Source: an uncultured Bdellovibrio sp. (GTDB taxonomy: Bacteria > Bdellovibrionota > Bdellovibrionia > Bdellovibrionales > Bdellovibrionaceae). Taken from it: a stretch of 64,000 nucleotides of DNA. Each line of letters opens with the position of its first letter. The stretch's first letter is position 1. Shown piece after piece: positions 9,172 through 18,175 of the stretch. The stretch covers positions 32,001 to 96,000 of the forward strand of contig CAWVRN010000010.1 in assembly GCA_963932905.1 (NCBI GenBank). The letters run 5' to 3'. The notes beneath the pieces were generated by a model. The model ran no database searches, was not told the origin of the DNA, and saw only the letters and a list, made by a program, of their open reading frames with translations. Made by a program: the position numbers and the translations under genes.

Positions 9172-11141
9172 TAGAACCCCCTACCGATACAACGTGCGGC
9201 TAGTTTTAAACTTCGTGTTTTAAATGATTTCTGCCCACTGGCAGATTGAAACGTCCAAGCTTTTGAACGATCTGAAGAATATACCGAAGCCGTCCATTCT
9301 TCGTTGGCATTTGAATCGGCCATATCTGGCAGGACAAACTTCATCCCGTTATAATGAGCGATTCGATAATCATAAAGCGTTGGCAAGCGCCAATAAATTT
9401 TCTGGGTCGAAGACGAATGAATTCCAGCTTTGCCCGCCGCTTTGCCTGATGGCACGACTCCGTGAACAAACTGAGGCACATCAGAATAGTTGTCACTGAA
9501 ACCAGTATCTTCAAAGCAAGCACTGATAATATTTTGAGATACATTTTGCTCTTGGTTAGCCTGCAAATTACAAATGTTGGACGGATCATTTTCCGCCAAA
9601 TCTGGCAACTTCTGATTATTGCTACTGCCAGAAGCACGGCACCAATTTATGTTCGCAGATACTCGAGAACTCCAAAACATTTTAGTATTTTCGTCTCGCC
9701 ACACCTCTACATAGCCCACACCGGTTGCATTCACGCGTGTGATTAATTTCCAAGTGCCAAAACCTGAATTACCCACACTGCCATCGCCATTCCATGTTGA
9801 TGTATTACGATTTGTTTGTGCAACCGAGGCACCTGAAAGAGCCGAATTTATAACAGAGACGCAATCACTAATACGAGTATCCACTGTGCCTGTAAGTCCA
9901 CATTGCGAAGTACCCCAAGACGTTCTATCAACAAAAAATGCACTCGATTCGCCATCATGATCAGTACCTACTACTGGTACCAGCCTGTGAGCCGTATTGG
10001 CAACACAACCAGAGGCCTTAGTCCACTTCATATCTAAACCGCAATAAGATTCATCCTTGTAGGTACCCTTAATGGTTCCATTATTTTTCGGAGCTCCTGT
10101 ACCCCATTCTGTAGGGTTACCATCATAGGTACCAACGACTCCAAATATGTCGACGCCGGTCTTAATATTCGAAGCGATTAAATTAACACCAATACCAGAG
10201 CTTTTGTTAGCCGAAGCAAACCAACAATTAGATACATTCGATACAGCATCGCATGCGACACCACGACCGCCATATAATTCTGAGTAGGGATAATTTCCCG
10301 CAGTTACATCACAGGCCACAGTGTTTGCCGAATTAATTGTGCAAGCATTGGTTACTTTGTAGTATGTTTTATCATTCGGAACATAGCATGACGTTGTATT
10401 GGCAGAACCGGCAGGGCTCGAATTGCAATTACCACTTTTGCCGTTGTAAGCAGTTGTATAGTAATATGAATCCGTCACACCCGGATCATCTTTTGGAGCT
10501 AAACAATCTTGTGAAATTAAACCCGTTGGATCCACTTTTGTACTGCACATTGGTAAATTTGAAGGACCGGCTAAATAGACGCCGGTACCTGTTTGCAACC
10601 AACATTTGGCCGGATTCATTGTTGTCGTCGCTGTCGGAATTGCGCAGTCAAGAGTCCGAGCACCATATGTATTTGGACTTCTATAAATAAAGTGGCTAGA
10701 AGTTACTTTACATTTATCAGTGATCGCCACAGGTGATCCCAAAGTTCCATAACTACATTCATTTAAAGATCCACTTCCTAATGGGAAACCAGAAACGCCA
10801 AATAATGTAAGGGAACTATCAAAGTTACCCGGTGAAAACAGACGACTGTCCAAGCTGGCAGTCTTTCCCTCATACCAGCCAGCGGGTAAAGTTTGTTCTA
10901 AAACGTTGGCTGTGAAAATAACATCGGATCCCACGGTACCACGTCCACCGTAAGGCAAATCATATACGTACTGGTTTGTTTTTGAGGTCACACACACTTC
11001 GGTGGTTGGCCCAGCATCAGGGCAGACCGGATACGCTTCCGCACCCACGATAAATCTGGTCAACCGATCGGTGAAGGATTGAGCTTGAGTGTAGTTAGAG
11101 AATGAAATCAGAAAAAAGATAGTAATAATAAATGATCTCAT
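9171..11141 (-). CDS. Secreted Cys-rich fibre-like protein with C-terminal DUF1566/C-type-lectin-like domain
   Basis: Sec signal (..YTQA-QS), LPAGWYEG and LIASNIKTGVDIFGVVGTY fibre-like motifs, four Cys/YGGR modules, C-terminal VWRDENT..W, WRLPT, EWTAS..AW, RCIG. Confidence 0.6.
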   Translation of the reverse strand: MRSFIITIFFLISFSNYTQAQSFTDRLTRFIVGAEAYPVCPDAGPTTEVCVTSKTNQYVYDLPYGGRGTVGSDVIFTANVLEQTLPAGWYEGKTASLDSRLFSPGNFDSSLTLFGVSGFPLGSGSLNECSYGTLGSPVAITDKCKVTSSHFIYRSPNTYGARTLDCAIPTATTTMNPAKCWLQTGTGVYLAGPSNLPMCSTKVDPTGLISQDCLAPKDDPGVTDSYYYTTAYNGKSGNCNSSPAGSANTTSCYVPNDKTYYKVTNACTINSANTVACDVTAGNYPYSELYGGRGVACDAVSNVSNCWFASANKSSGIGVNLIASNIKTGVDIFGVVGTYDGNPTEWGTGAPKNNGTIKGTYKDESYCGLDMKWTKASGCVANTAHRLVPVVGTDHDGESSAFFVDRTSWGTSQCGLTGTVDTRISDCVSVINSALSGASVAQTNRNTSTWNGDGSVGNSGFGTWKLITRVNATGVGYVEVWRDENTKMFWSSRVSANINWCRASGSSNNQKLPDLAENDPSNICNLQANQEQNVSQNIISACFEDTGFSDNYSDVPQFVHGVVPSGKAAGKAGIHSSSTQKIYWRLPTLYDYRIAHYNGMKFVLPDMADSNANEEWTASVYSSDRSKAWTFQSASGQKSFKTRSLKLAARCIGRGF

Positions 11142-13033
11142 TATTGATATCCTTTTTCACCGACACAGCGAACAACAATAGTTGAATCTGTCCGAGTTCT
11201 TACATCTGTGGCACCATTTCTAGAATCGAACACCCAAGCCTTGGTTAAATCCGTAGCGCGTGTCGTGCCTGTCCATTCCATATTTCCATTGCCTGACATA
11301 TCTGGCATGACATAGCGAATACCATTGTAGTCAGCCACTTCGTAGTCGTAGATTGTAGGAATACGCCATTTAACGTTAATAGGATTTGTACTTGTCTTAC
11401 CTTTAGCTAAAACATCGATTCGTGAATCCGTCGACGTTTCGTTTGTTCCTTCATAACAAGCCGATATGGCTTTTGTTATCCCGACTGGCTGAGTTTGATA
11501 AGTAGCGCTGTTGCAAAAGCCAGAACTATCGGCTGAATGCACGCCCGCCGCCTGGCACCAATTTAAAGTTTTAGAAACAACAGAGCTCCACAGTAACCCT
11601 GTACGTTCATCTCGCCATACCTCGCGATAGATGCCATCACCAGAAACATTTCCTGCCCGAGTCACTAATCTCCATGTTCCCTGACCGGCATTACCTTTAG
11701 TCGAACCCGTCCAGGTTGCATTGAAGTCATACTTATTCGCACAATCTATAATCCTATCAGAAATAGCTCCTGTAATACCGCAAGTAGAATTCCAGTTTAG
11801 TCGTAAAACTCCCGCGTCCAGTACGGACTGACTACCTTCATCGTCCAAAGCAATCGACGGAACCGACCGATAGCCCGCTGGCAGATTCACTTTATCTCGA
11901 TAACTGACAGATTCCGTGCTGAATGAAACCTGAGTGACATCCGATTCACGATGAGCCGCACTGGCCCACACGCCGTCGCCTTCGAACGAACCCATTACAT
12001 CGAAAATCTTTACACCATATTTAATATTTTGTGGTGACAAATCCGCATCAATCTCATCATAACCAACTTTGAAAAAACAGGATCCGTTATTGTCAGCGAT
12101 ACAATTATTACCTCGTCCGCCGTATGCAGCTGAATATACATACCAAGTTGGTGCCGTAGTTAAATTAGTGCGGCAAGAAACTGAAGTTGTGAAGCCAATA
12201 GAACGCGCATCCACGCAGCTATCTAAGGCTCCCATGCTAGATGCTGAGTCAGAAATTGTAACCGATCCACTTGGAATATTTAGCCAGCAACCTTTCAAAG
12301 ATGTCGATGTTCCACTACAATCTGTACGACCACCATCAACGGCCGAATACCAATAGTTAGTTGCACGCGCCGTACAGTTGTTAGCAACAGCCCCAGTACT
12401 TGAACAATCCAAGTCGTTGATCGGAGTTGTCGTGTTCATGCGCGTATTAACAGAATCAATCCAACAATCTGTAGTTAATTTCCCAGACGCATTCAAAGCA
12501 CAAATCGTTCCGCGACCACCATACTGAGATGTGTAGGCATAAAAAATACTCGACGATGTTCCCGAGACCATGCAACCGCTATCTTGTTCGTTGACACATT
12601 CGTCAGGCAAGCTCGTTACCATACTGCCATCAATGCCTAGAATATTTTTTCCTAAGCGGATTTTGCTTTGATTTGAAGAATTCAGATTTGCTTCTGTGAA
12701 TGTGACTTTAGTTTGTCCATCGTACCAACCCAGCGGAATGGCTAAAACAGAAAGGCCATTAGCACCCAAAAAAGATTTTCCAACTTGCGAACGGCCCCCG
12801 TAGGCAGAATCGTAAATGTAAGATCCAACTTTATCGACAATACATTCATTGGAATTGATTTCATTTGCTTTACACGACTTAGAGGCCACTAAACCAGAGC
12901 CATCGGTCTTTGTTCCAAAGGTGCTAACGCCCGGTCCACAGCCAAAATTTAAAAAGCTAGCAAACAACACTGTTGTAGCTAGTTTCAAGATCTGGTTTCT
13001 AGGTCTAAAATTTGAAACGATGGTCATTAGCAT
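11141..13033 (-). CDS. Cys-rich fibre-like lipoprotein with C-terminal DUF1566/C-type-lectin-like domain (paralog of 9171-11141)
   Basis: Lipobox FLNFG-C, IPLGWYDG and LSPQNIKYGVKIFDVMGSF motifs, four Cys/YGGR modules, VWRDERTGLLW, WRIPT, EWTGT..AW, VRCVG. Confidence 0.6.
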   Translation of the reverse strand: MLMTIVSNFRPRNQILKLATTVLFASFLNFGCGPGVSTFGTKTDGSGLVASKSCKANEINSNECIVDKVGSYIYDSAYGGRSQVGKSFLGANGLSVLAIPLGWYDGQTKVTFTEANLNSSNQSKIRLGKNILGIDGSMVTSLPDECVNEQDSGCMVSGTSSSIFYAYTSQYGGRGTICALNASGKLTTDCWIDSVNTRMNTTTPINDLDCSSTGAVANNCTARATNYWYSAVDGGRTDCSGTSTSLKGCWLNIPSGSVTISDSASSMGALDSCVDARSIGFTTSVSCRTNLTTAPTWYVYSAAYGGRGNNCIADNNGSCFFKVGYDEIDADLSPQNIKYGVKIFDVMGSFEGDGVWASAAHRESDVTQVSFSTESVSYRDKVNLPAGYRSVPSIALDDEGSQSVLDAGVLRLNWNSTCGITGAISDRIIDCANKYDFNATWTGSTKGNAGQGTWRLVTRAGNVSGDGIYREVWRDERTGLLWSSVVSKTLNWCQAAGVHSADSSGFCNSATYQTQPVGITKAISACYEGTNETSTDSRIDVLAKGKTSTNPINVKWRIPTIYDYEVADYNGIRYVMPDMSGNGNMEWTGTTRATDLTKAWVFDSRNGATDVRTRTDSTIVVRCVGEKGYQ

Positions 13034-13042
13034 GTCATTGAT

Positions 13043-13070
13043 CTATCGTCATTTTCTCAAGATTTATTGA
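13043..13070 (-). promoter_or_regulatory. Putative sigma28 (FliA)-like promoter of the four-gene operon
   Basis: Minus strand TCAA-N16-GACGATAG, 9 nt before the ATG; consensus is TAAA-N15-GCCGATAA. Confidence 0.35.
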
Positions 13071-13182
13071 GCCTGTCGCCACGTCCAGAAAATTAAAAAT
13101 GCCGCCTCATTATGAGACAGTTTTTATGACGTAAATATTCCATTTGCCTAAGTCTGTGATTTAATTCAAAGTCATCATTTCC

Positions 13183-14649
13183 ATGAGTCAAACAATACCA
13201 ATATTAGATTTAGGTGAAGAGTTCTTTGTTCCCGTTGTGGGCGGCCCTTTCACAGATCCCATATTGAGATATCGAAACCAAAAACAAGCCGTTTTTCTAG
13301 GTCTGGGCAAACTGACTGATGACGAATGGGTCAATCATTTCGGAAAATTTCGACCTCTTGAAAACAATTTACTGAATCCTTTAGCGATGAAATATCATGG
13401 TCATCAGTTTCAACATTACAATGCCGATTTAGGTGACGGTCGAGGATTTGTTTTCGCGCAATTTTTAAAAGGTAAACATCTATTTGAACTGGGCACAAAA
13501 GGTAGCGGACAAACACCCTATTCACGACGAGGCGATGGCAGATTAACTTTAAAGGGTGCGGTTCGCGAGCTCTTAGCGACTGATTATTTAGCCAAACAAA
13601 GGGTGTTAACCAGTCACACATTTTCTATCGTCGAAACCGCCGAAAAATTGGTTCGTCATGATGAACCATCTCCGACACGTTCGGCGGTTTTGTTTCGCTT
13701 AAGTCGCGGTCATATTCGTATCGGAAATTTTCAGCGTGCCTTGTTTTATCAAAACCGCGAAAACATTTTTAAACTTTTAGATTATTCACTAAAATATTTT
13801 TATCCCGAATTACCTATCACTGCCGATCCGAAAGAAAAAGTGGAATTACTTTTCAACAGCGTGACTTTGAGACTGGCGGATTTGTGCGCTTCCTATATGG
13901 TAGCCGGTTTTGTCCATGGTGTACTTAACACCGACAACATGAACGTTTCTGGTGAAAGCTTTGACTACGGCCCCTATCGCTTCCTGCCACACTATGATCC
14001 CTATTTTACGGCTGCTTATTTTGATCACGAAGGCCTTTACAGTTTTGGGCGCCAACCCCCTAGCTTTCTATGGAACCTAAATCAACTACGCGAGGTTCTT
14101 GCCTTTGCTGAACCAGCAGCCGACATGTCGCAACTGAACGACATTTTCGCGTTGCAGTTCAACGTTTTCTTTACATCTCGCTTTTTTAAAAAATTAAATT
14201 TAAAACCAAATGTAGCAGTCTCTGAAAATGATTTACTGACTGCCTTCATGTCGCTCTCGCCCGATTACTATTCAACGTCTGATTTTCCAGTTTTAAATAT
14301 AAACTCATTAAACGTGGCACCTATAAAGGAAATTAGCCAATCTGCATTTTTCGCTAATATTCAAAAAATTATCGAAAGTTTTTTCCAAGACCTATTTCAA
14401 AACAAAACTCGAGATTTTGAAACAGCGTTTTTGCAAATATTGAATTGGACACAAAAAGGACAACTAACAAGTTATTTTACAGATGACACTTTGGATTTAA
14501 TTAATCAGTATGCGACACCAATTAGTCAATTGACCGATGCACAGATTAAAATTCGAGATCAAAACTTGGTGATGGACGAGATAGAGAAAATTTGGGAACA
14601 GATTGATCAAAACGATGATTGGACTTTGCTCAACCATCGTTTGTCTTAA
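13183..14649 (+). CDS. selO: Protein adenylyltransferase SelO (YdiU) family
   Basis: YHGHQF, LGDGRG, KGSGxTPYSRxGDGR, GFVHGVLNTDNM, DYGPY. Confidence 0.92.
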   Translation: MSQTIPILDLGEEFFVPVVGGPFTDPILRYRNQKQAVFLGLGKLTDDEWVNHFGKFRPLENNLLNPLAMKYHGHQFQHYNADLGDGRGFVFAQFLKGKHLFELGTKGSGQTPYSRRGDGRLTLKGAVRELLATDYLAKQRVLTSHTFSIVETAEKLVRHDEPSPTRSAVLFRLSRGHIRIGNFQRALFYQNRENIFKLLDYSLKYFYPELPITADPKEKVELLFNSVTLRLADLCASYMVAGFVHGVLNTDNMNVSGESFDYGPYRFLPHYDPYFTAAYFDHEGLYSFGRQPPSFLWNLNQLREVLAFAEPAADMSQLNDIFALQFNVFFTSRFFKKLNLKPNVAVSENDLLTAFMSLSPDYYSTSDFPVLNINSLNVAPIKEISQSAFFANIQKIIESFFQDLFQNKTRDFETAFLQILNWTQKGQLTSYFTDDTLDLINQYATPISQLTDAQIKIRDQNLVMDEIEKIWEQIDQNDDWTLLNHRLS

Positions 14650-14659
14650 CTAACTGATT

Positions 14660-14851
14660 TTACTTTTTGTCTTCAACTTTTTTATCTTCAACTTTTTTAT
14701 CTTCAGCTTTTTTATCACAACCGCAATCTTTGTGATCTTTGTGTTCCATTTTACAAGAACCGTCTTTGCAACCACCGCAGCTACCTTTGTGTGCACACGC
14801 ACCGAACACTAAAGACATACCTAGTAAACAGATCATAAATAAATTTTTCAT
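14660..14851 (-). CDS. Small Cys/His-rich lipoprotein with Lys/Glu-rich tail
   Basis: Lipobox VFGA-C; CGGC, C, HxxH, CGC; AAGGA SD; directly downstream of pncA. Confidence 0.7.
   Translation of the reverse strand: MKNLFMICLLGMSLVFGACAHKGSCGGCKDGSCKMEHKDHKDCGCDKKAEDKKVEDKKVEDKK
14663..14716. repeat. 15-bp tandem repeat encoding (EDKK[VA])x3
   Basis: TCTTCA(A/G)CTTTTTTA unit repeated about 3 times. Confidence 0.75.
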
Positions 14852-14860
14852 AATATTCCT

Positions 14861-15490
14861 TTATACGTTTAAAACGTCCGAAGTTATCACACGAACGCCT
14901 TTTTGTTTTAAGTCTTCCCAGCGGAACTCCACTTTTTCTTCTGCTAATTTATAGGTCGGACATAGATCTCTAATCAAGGTCATTTTGTAACCCAGCTCCA
15001 TGCCATCCAGTGCTGTTTGAGTAATGCCCAAATCAATAGCGTTACCCAATACATAGACTTCTGTGATTTTTTTAAATTTTAGATATTCATCAAACAGAGT
15101 CTTTTCACCTTTACCTTTATCAAAAAACGCACTCCCTGTATCGTACATCGGGTTCATGCCTTTTTTGATAACATAGCTAAAATAGTAAACATCAAGAGCC
15201 GGATGAAATCCAGCCCCCGGGGTATTTTGTACGCAATGATCCGCCCATAAAATTTGGCGATCATGATGCAGTTCAATTTTATCTTCTATTTTTTTGCCGG
15301 GATTGTTTGAAGCAAATGCATGATGCTGAGCTTTGTGATAATCTTGAGAGGCCACAACCGCATCAAATTTCTTTCCAGATAGACGAAGCAACTGATTGAC
15401 TTTATCTACAAAGTCTAACGACTTAATAGACGGAATCGGACCATGAGAGAAAAAATCATTTTGTATATCGTGTACTAATAAACATTTCAC
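14861..15490 (-). CDS. pncA: Nicotinamidase/pyrazinamidase (isochorismatase family) homologue; catalytic Cys apparently replaced by Gly
   Basis: DIQNDF, QDYH, WADHCVQ, KKG motifs; GNAIDLGI where canonical PncA has GLATDYCV; co-oriented downstream of nadE. Confidence 0.8.
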   Translation of the reverse strand: MKCLLVHDIQNDFFSHGPIPSIKSLDFVDKVNQLLRLSGKKFDAVVASQDYHKAQHHAFASNNPGKKIEDKIELHHDRQILWADHCVQNTPGAGFHPALDVYYFSYVIKKGMNPMYDTGSAFFDKGKGEKTLFDEYLKFKKITEVYVLGNAIDLGITQTALDGMELGYKMTLIRDLCPTYKLAEEKVEFRWEDLKQKGVRVITSDVLNV

Positions 15491-15512
15491 TCATTTAGTT
15501 TATTTAAATCTT

Positions 15513-17522
15513 TTAGGTTTTTAAATACTTTTCCTGAATCTCGAGGATTTCGCTCTCAAATGAGGACATTAGTACAGGATACCGGCACCACGTCTTTGGA
15601 TCTAGCGATTCATCATCTAAATGAAACGCCGGCGCGTATCGCTCCCTTTTCCATTGGTTACGCGACCAAAGGGTAAGGAACTTGATAGTGTATTTAGCCA
15701 AGTCCGTAACAGAATAAGATGGGAAATCAACTTTTAGCACTTCAACAATGTCCGATGGCCGTTGGCGATCACGAATGAACTCTTTTTCGATCGCGTTCAA
15801 AATATCATACGGCATTAAATCTGTTTCATCGGTTTGCTGCATTTTAGTTGGACGCAGTTCCGCTGTCGGTGGTTTCATGAACACGAATTTTAAGCTCATC
15901 AATGAACCCACACCTTGTGGACCGATTTCATTCATCCATTTTAGCCATCTATTTAAGAATGATTTATCGACACCAGCGATCGGACTAAAACCGCCGGATG
16001 TATCACCGTCCATTGTTGCATACCCCACCGCGGCTTCTGAACGATTGCTGGTGGCCAATAACAACGCATTTTTAATATTCGCCATCATCCACACACCAGG
16101 CGACCGAACGCGCGCTTGAATGTTTTGAAGTGCAATATCGTCAGCTTCCCAAGACAGCTTTCTTTGGATCACTGTTTCAACGAGTTGCTTATAATTTTCT
16201 TGAACCGCAGCGATACTCCAGTCATAGAAACTAGTACCTAGTTCTTTCGATAATTCTTGAGCCGCCCGTTTTGTTTCCACCGAAGAATTTTCTGAGCTTT
16301 GATATACAGTAGTCACTAGTGATTTAATAACATGCTGAATATCCCAGTCGGTTTTAAAAACCGATGGACCTAAATACTTTAATTTTTGAATGAACTTATC
16401 TTTACCTAAATATTTAAACGCTTCCGCTAAACACTTAACGGCCATGATTGTTACGACAGATGAATCCACGCCACCACTTAATGAAACCATAAATCCATGA
16501 GAACGACTTTTTCTTAAATAATCAAACAACCCCAAACAAACCGCACGGTAGAACTCTTCATTTTTTAATGGCTCCACACTCTCCCAAGCTGGATTTTCCA
16601 TTTTAGCGCGAACCGGAGCTAAAAACTTCCAGTTAAAGTCAGACGCAATTTGAGATTCTTCAGGAACACCCAATTCAGGTTTAAAGCTAGCTGTTTGCAA
16701 ACGACGAATACGATTAGCTTCGACATCGATAACCGCATCGTAAACTTCAAACTCGTTGAACGAGAATCGAGGACTTTCCATCACCAGCACACCGTTACTT
16801 GCGATCAAGGCACCGCCGTCAAAAATAATTCTACCCGATTCATTGCCTAATAAATTCGAATAAACATAAGCTACGCCAAAAGCGCGTGAACCTTCGATTA
16901 CGAAACGCTTACGAACTTCTTGTTTCCCAAATGCAAAATGCGAAGCACTTGGATTTAAAATAATATCAACACCTTTGCGCGACAGACTGGCCCCTACACG
17001 TTGAGCCACCCAAGCTTCTTCACATATTTCTAAACCGATTTTCAAACCACCGATTTCAAAAAAGTAATCGCCGATTTGAACGTCTTCGGTTACCTGTCCT
17101 ACTTTTAAGGTTAAAGTCTCTAGAGCTTGATTTTCCCAAGGACGGAACCAACGGTTTTCATAATGAACGCCATCGCCAGCTAAGAATTTTTTAGGAACCA
17201 ATCCTTTTAAATGACCATCAACGATGACTGCGTTCACATTAAACACGCTGCCTTTAAAAAACAGAGGTAAACCCAATGTGACTACTTTACCTCGGGTGAA
17301 CGGCAGCAATGAATAAAGAACTTCCAATGATTTTTCGCCTACAAATGGAGAGAAAAATGCATCTTCACAGCCATAACCTGAAATGCAGAGTTCAGGAAAA
17401 CAAACGATTTGGATACCCCGTTTGTCACACTCTAAAAGTGATAGCTTTATGTTTTCAAAGTTGCTTTCCCACGCCAGAGGTGTTTGATTTAAACTCACCG
17501 CTGCGACTCGTACATTCTTCAT
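15513..17522 (-). CDS. nadE: Glutamine-dependent NAD+ synthetase
   Basis: N-terminal nitrilase domain (FPELxxxGY, K, EICEE), SLSGGVDSS, QNIQARxR, NRSE..GYAT..GD, PTAEL. Confidence 0.95.
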   Translation of the reverse strand: MKNVRVAAVSLNQTPLAWESNFENIKLSLLECDKRGIQIVCFPELCISGYGCEDAFFSPFVGEKSLEVLYSLLPFTRGKVVTLGLPLFFKGSVFNVNAVIVDGHLKGLVPKKFLAGDGVHYENRWFRPWENQALETLTLKVGQVTEDVQIGDYFFEIGGLKIGLEICEEAWVAQRVGASLSRKGVDIILNPSASHFAFGKQEVRKRFVIEGSRAFGVAYVYSNLLGNESGRIIFDGGALIASNGVLVMESPRFSFNEFEVYDAVIDVEANRIRRLQTASFKPELGVPEESQIASDFNWKFLAPVRAKMENPAWESVEPLKNEEFYRAVCLGLFDYLRKSRSHGFMVSLSGGVDSSVVTIMAVKCLAEAFKYLGKDKFIQKLKYLGPSVFKTDWDIQHVIKSLVTTVYQSSENSSVETKRAAQELSKELGTSFYDWSIAAVQENYKQLVETVIQRKLSWEADDIALQNIQARVRSPGVWMMANIKNALLLATSNRSEAAVGYATMDGDTSGGFSPIAGVDKSFLNRWLKWMNEIGPQGVGSLMSLKFVFMKPPTAELRPTKMQQTDETDLMPYDILNAIEKEFIRDRQRPSDIVEVLKVDFPSYSVTDLAKYTIKFLTLWSRNQWKRERYAPAFHLDDESLDPKTWCRYPVLMSSFESEILEIQEKYLKT

Positions 17523-17531
17523 TTAAGACTC

Positions 17532-18107
17532 CTAAAACAACACACTTAAACGTATAGAGGGACTCAATACCGAGACATTTTTCTTTTGATCGGCAGATTC
17601 ATTAATACCATCGAAGTATTTTTTATACTCGATATCGATAAAAGTGAATTGAAATCCAATCAACAACCAGCTCGATACGCGATCTAAGAGACAAATCGAA
17701 GCATAGTAGCCTTTACCTTCGCGCCATTCCTTGGCCTCATTCAAATCGGCTTTTTCTGTCGATTTGGAAATGGGCCCCCCTTCTAGCAAGAAAGGTCCTA
17801 GTAAAAAACCAATATTGGGAGCAAACGATTCTCGATGCCCACGCACATCGCCCGATGAAGACGTCTGGGTCATTTGAGTCGCTCCCACAAGAAAGCTTGA
17901 GCCCATAATGAACTGCAAACTAAAATCATACGAAGTTATACGTGTTTCTGTATTTGTGCCGACATTGATTTTTTCGTCTTTTGAGTATTGAAAGTAATTA
18001 ACACTGGTTAGAATTTCAGCGCGCCCAAATTGACTGAAACCTACAATTGTTAGTACAACCATACATGTTTTTAACCGGCTGAAAATCATCATAGAAACCC
18101 CAAACAC
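17532..18107 (-). CDS. Outer-membrane beta-barrel protein
   Basis: Signal peptide, alternating amphipathic strands, terminal IRLSVLF (C-terminal Phe beta-signal). Confidence 0.6.
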   Translation of the reverse strand: MFGVSMMIFSRLKTCMVVLTIVGFSQFGRAEILTSVNYFQYSKDEKINVGTNTETRITSYDFSLQFIMGSSFLVGATQMTQTSSSGDVRGHRESFAPNIGFLLGPFLLEGGPISKSTEKADLNEAKEWREGKGYYASICLLDRVSSWLLIGFQFTFIDIEYKKYFDGINESADQKKNVSVLSPSIRLSVLF

Positions 18108-18175
18108 ATACGCGTCGCCGCAAAGTGTTATAAATATTTTTTGACTCTATCTTCTCTACTGTGATTCAAGAGGTC

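Noticed and set aside
9171..13033. Diversity-generating retroelement targeting the C-type-lectin-like tips
   Set aside because: No reverse transcriptase and no near-identical template/variable repeat pair in the window, and the two 3' ends differ throughout rather than only at adenines. A remote DGR cannot be excluded.
13183..14649. Selenocysteine read-through in SelO
   Set aside because: The gene ends in TAA, with no in-frame TGA or downstream Cys/Sec motif
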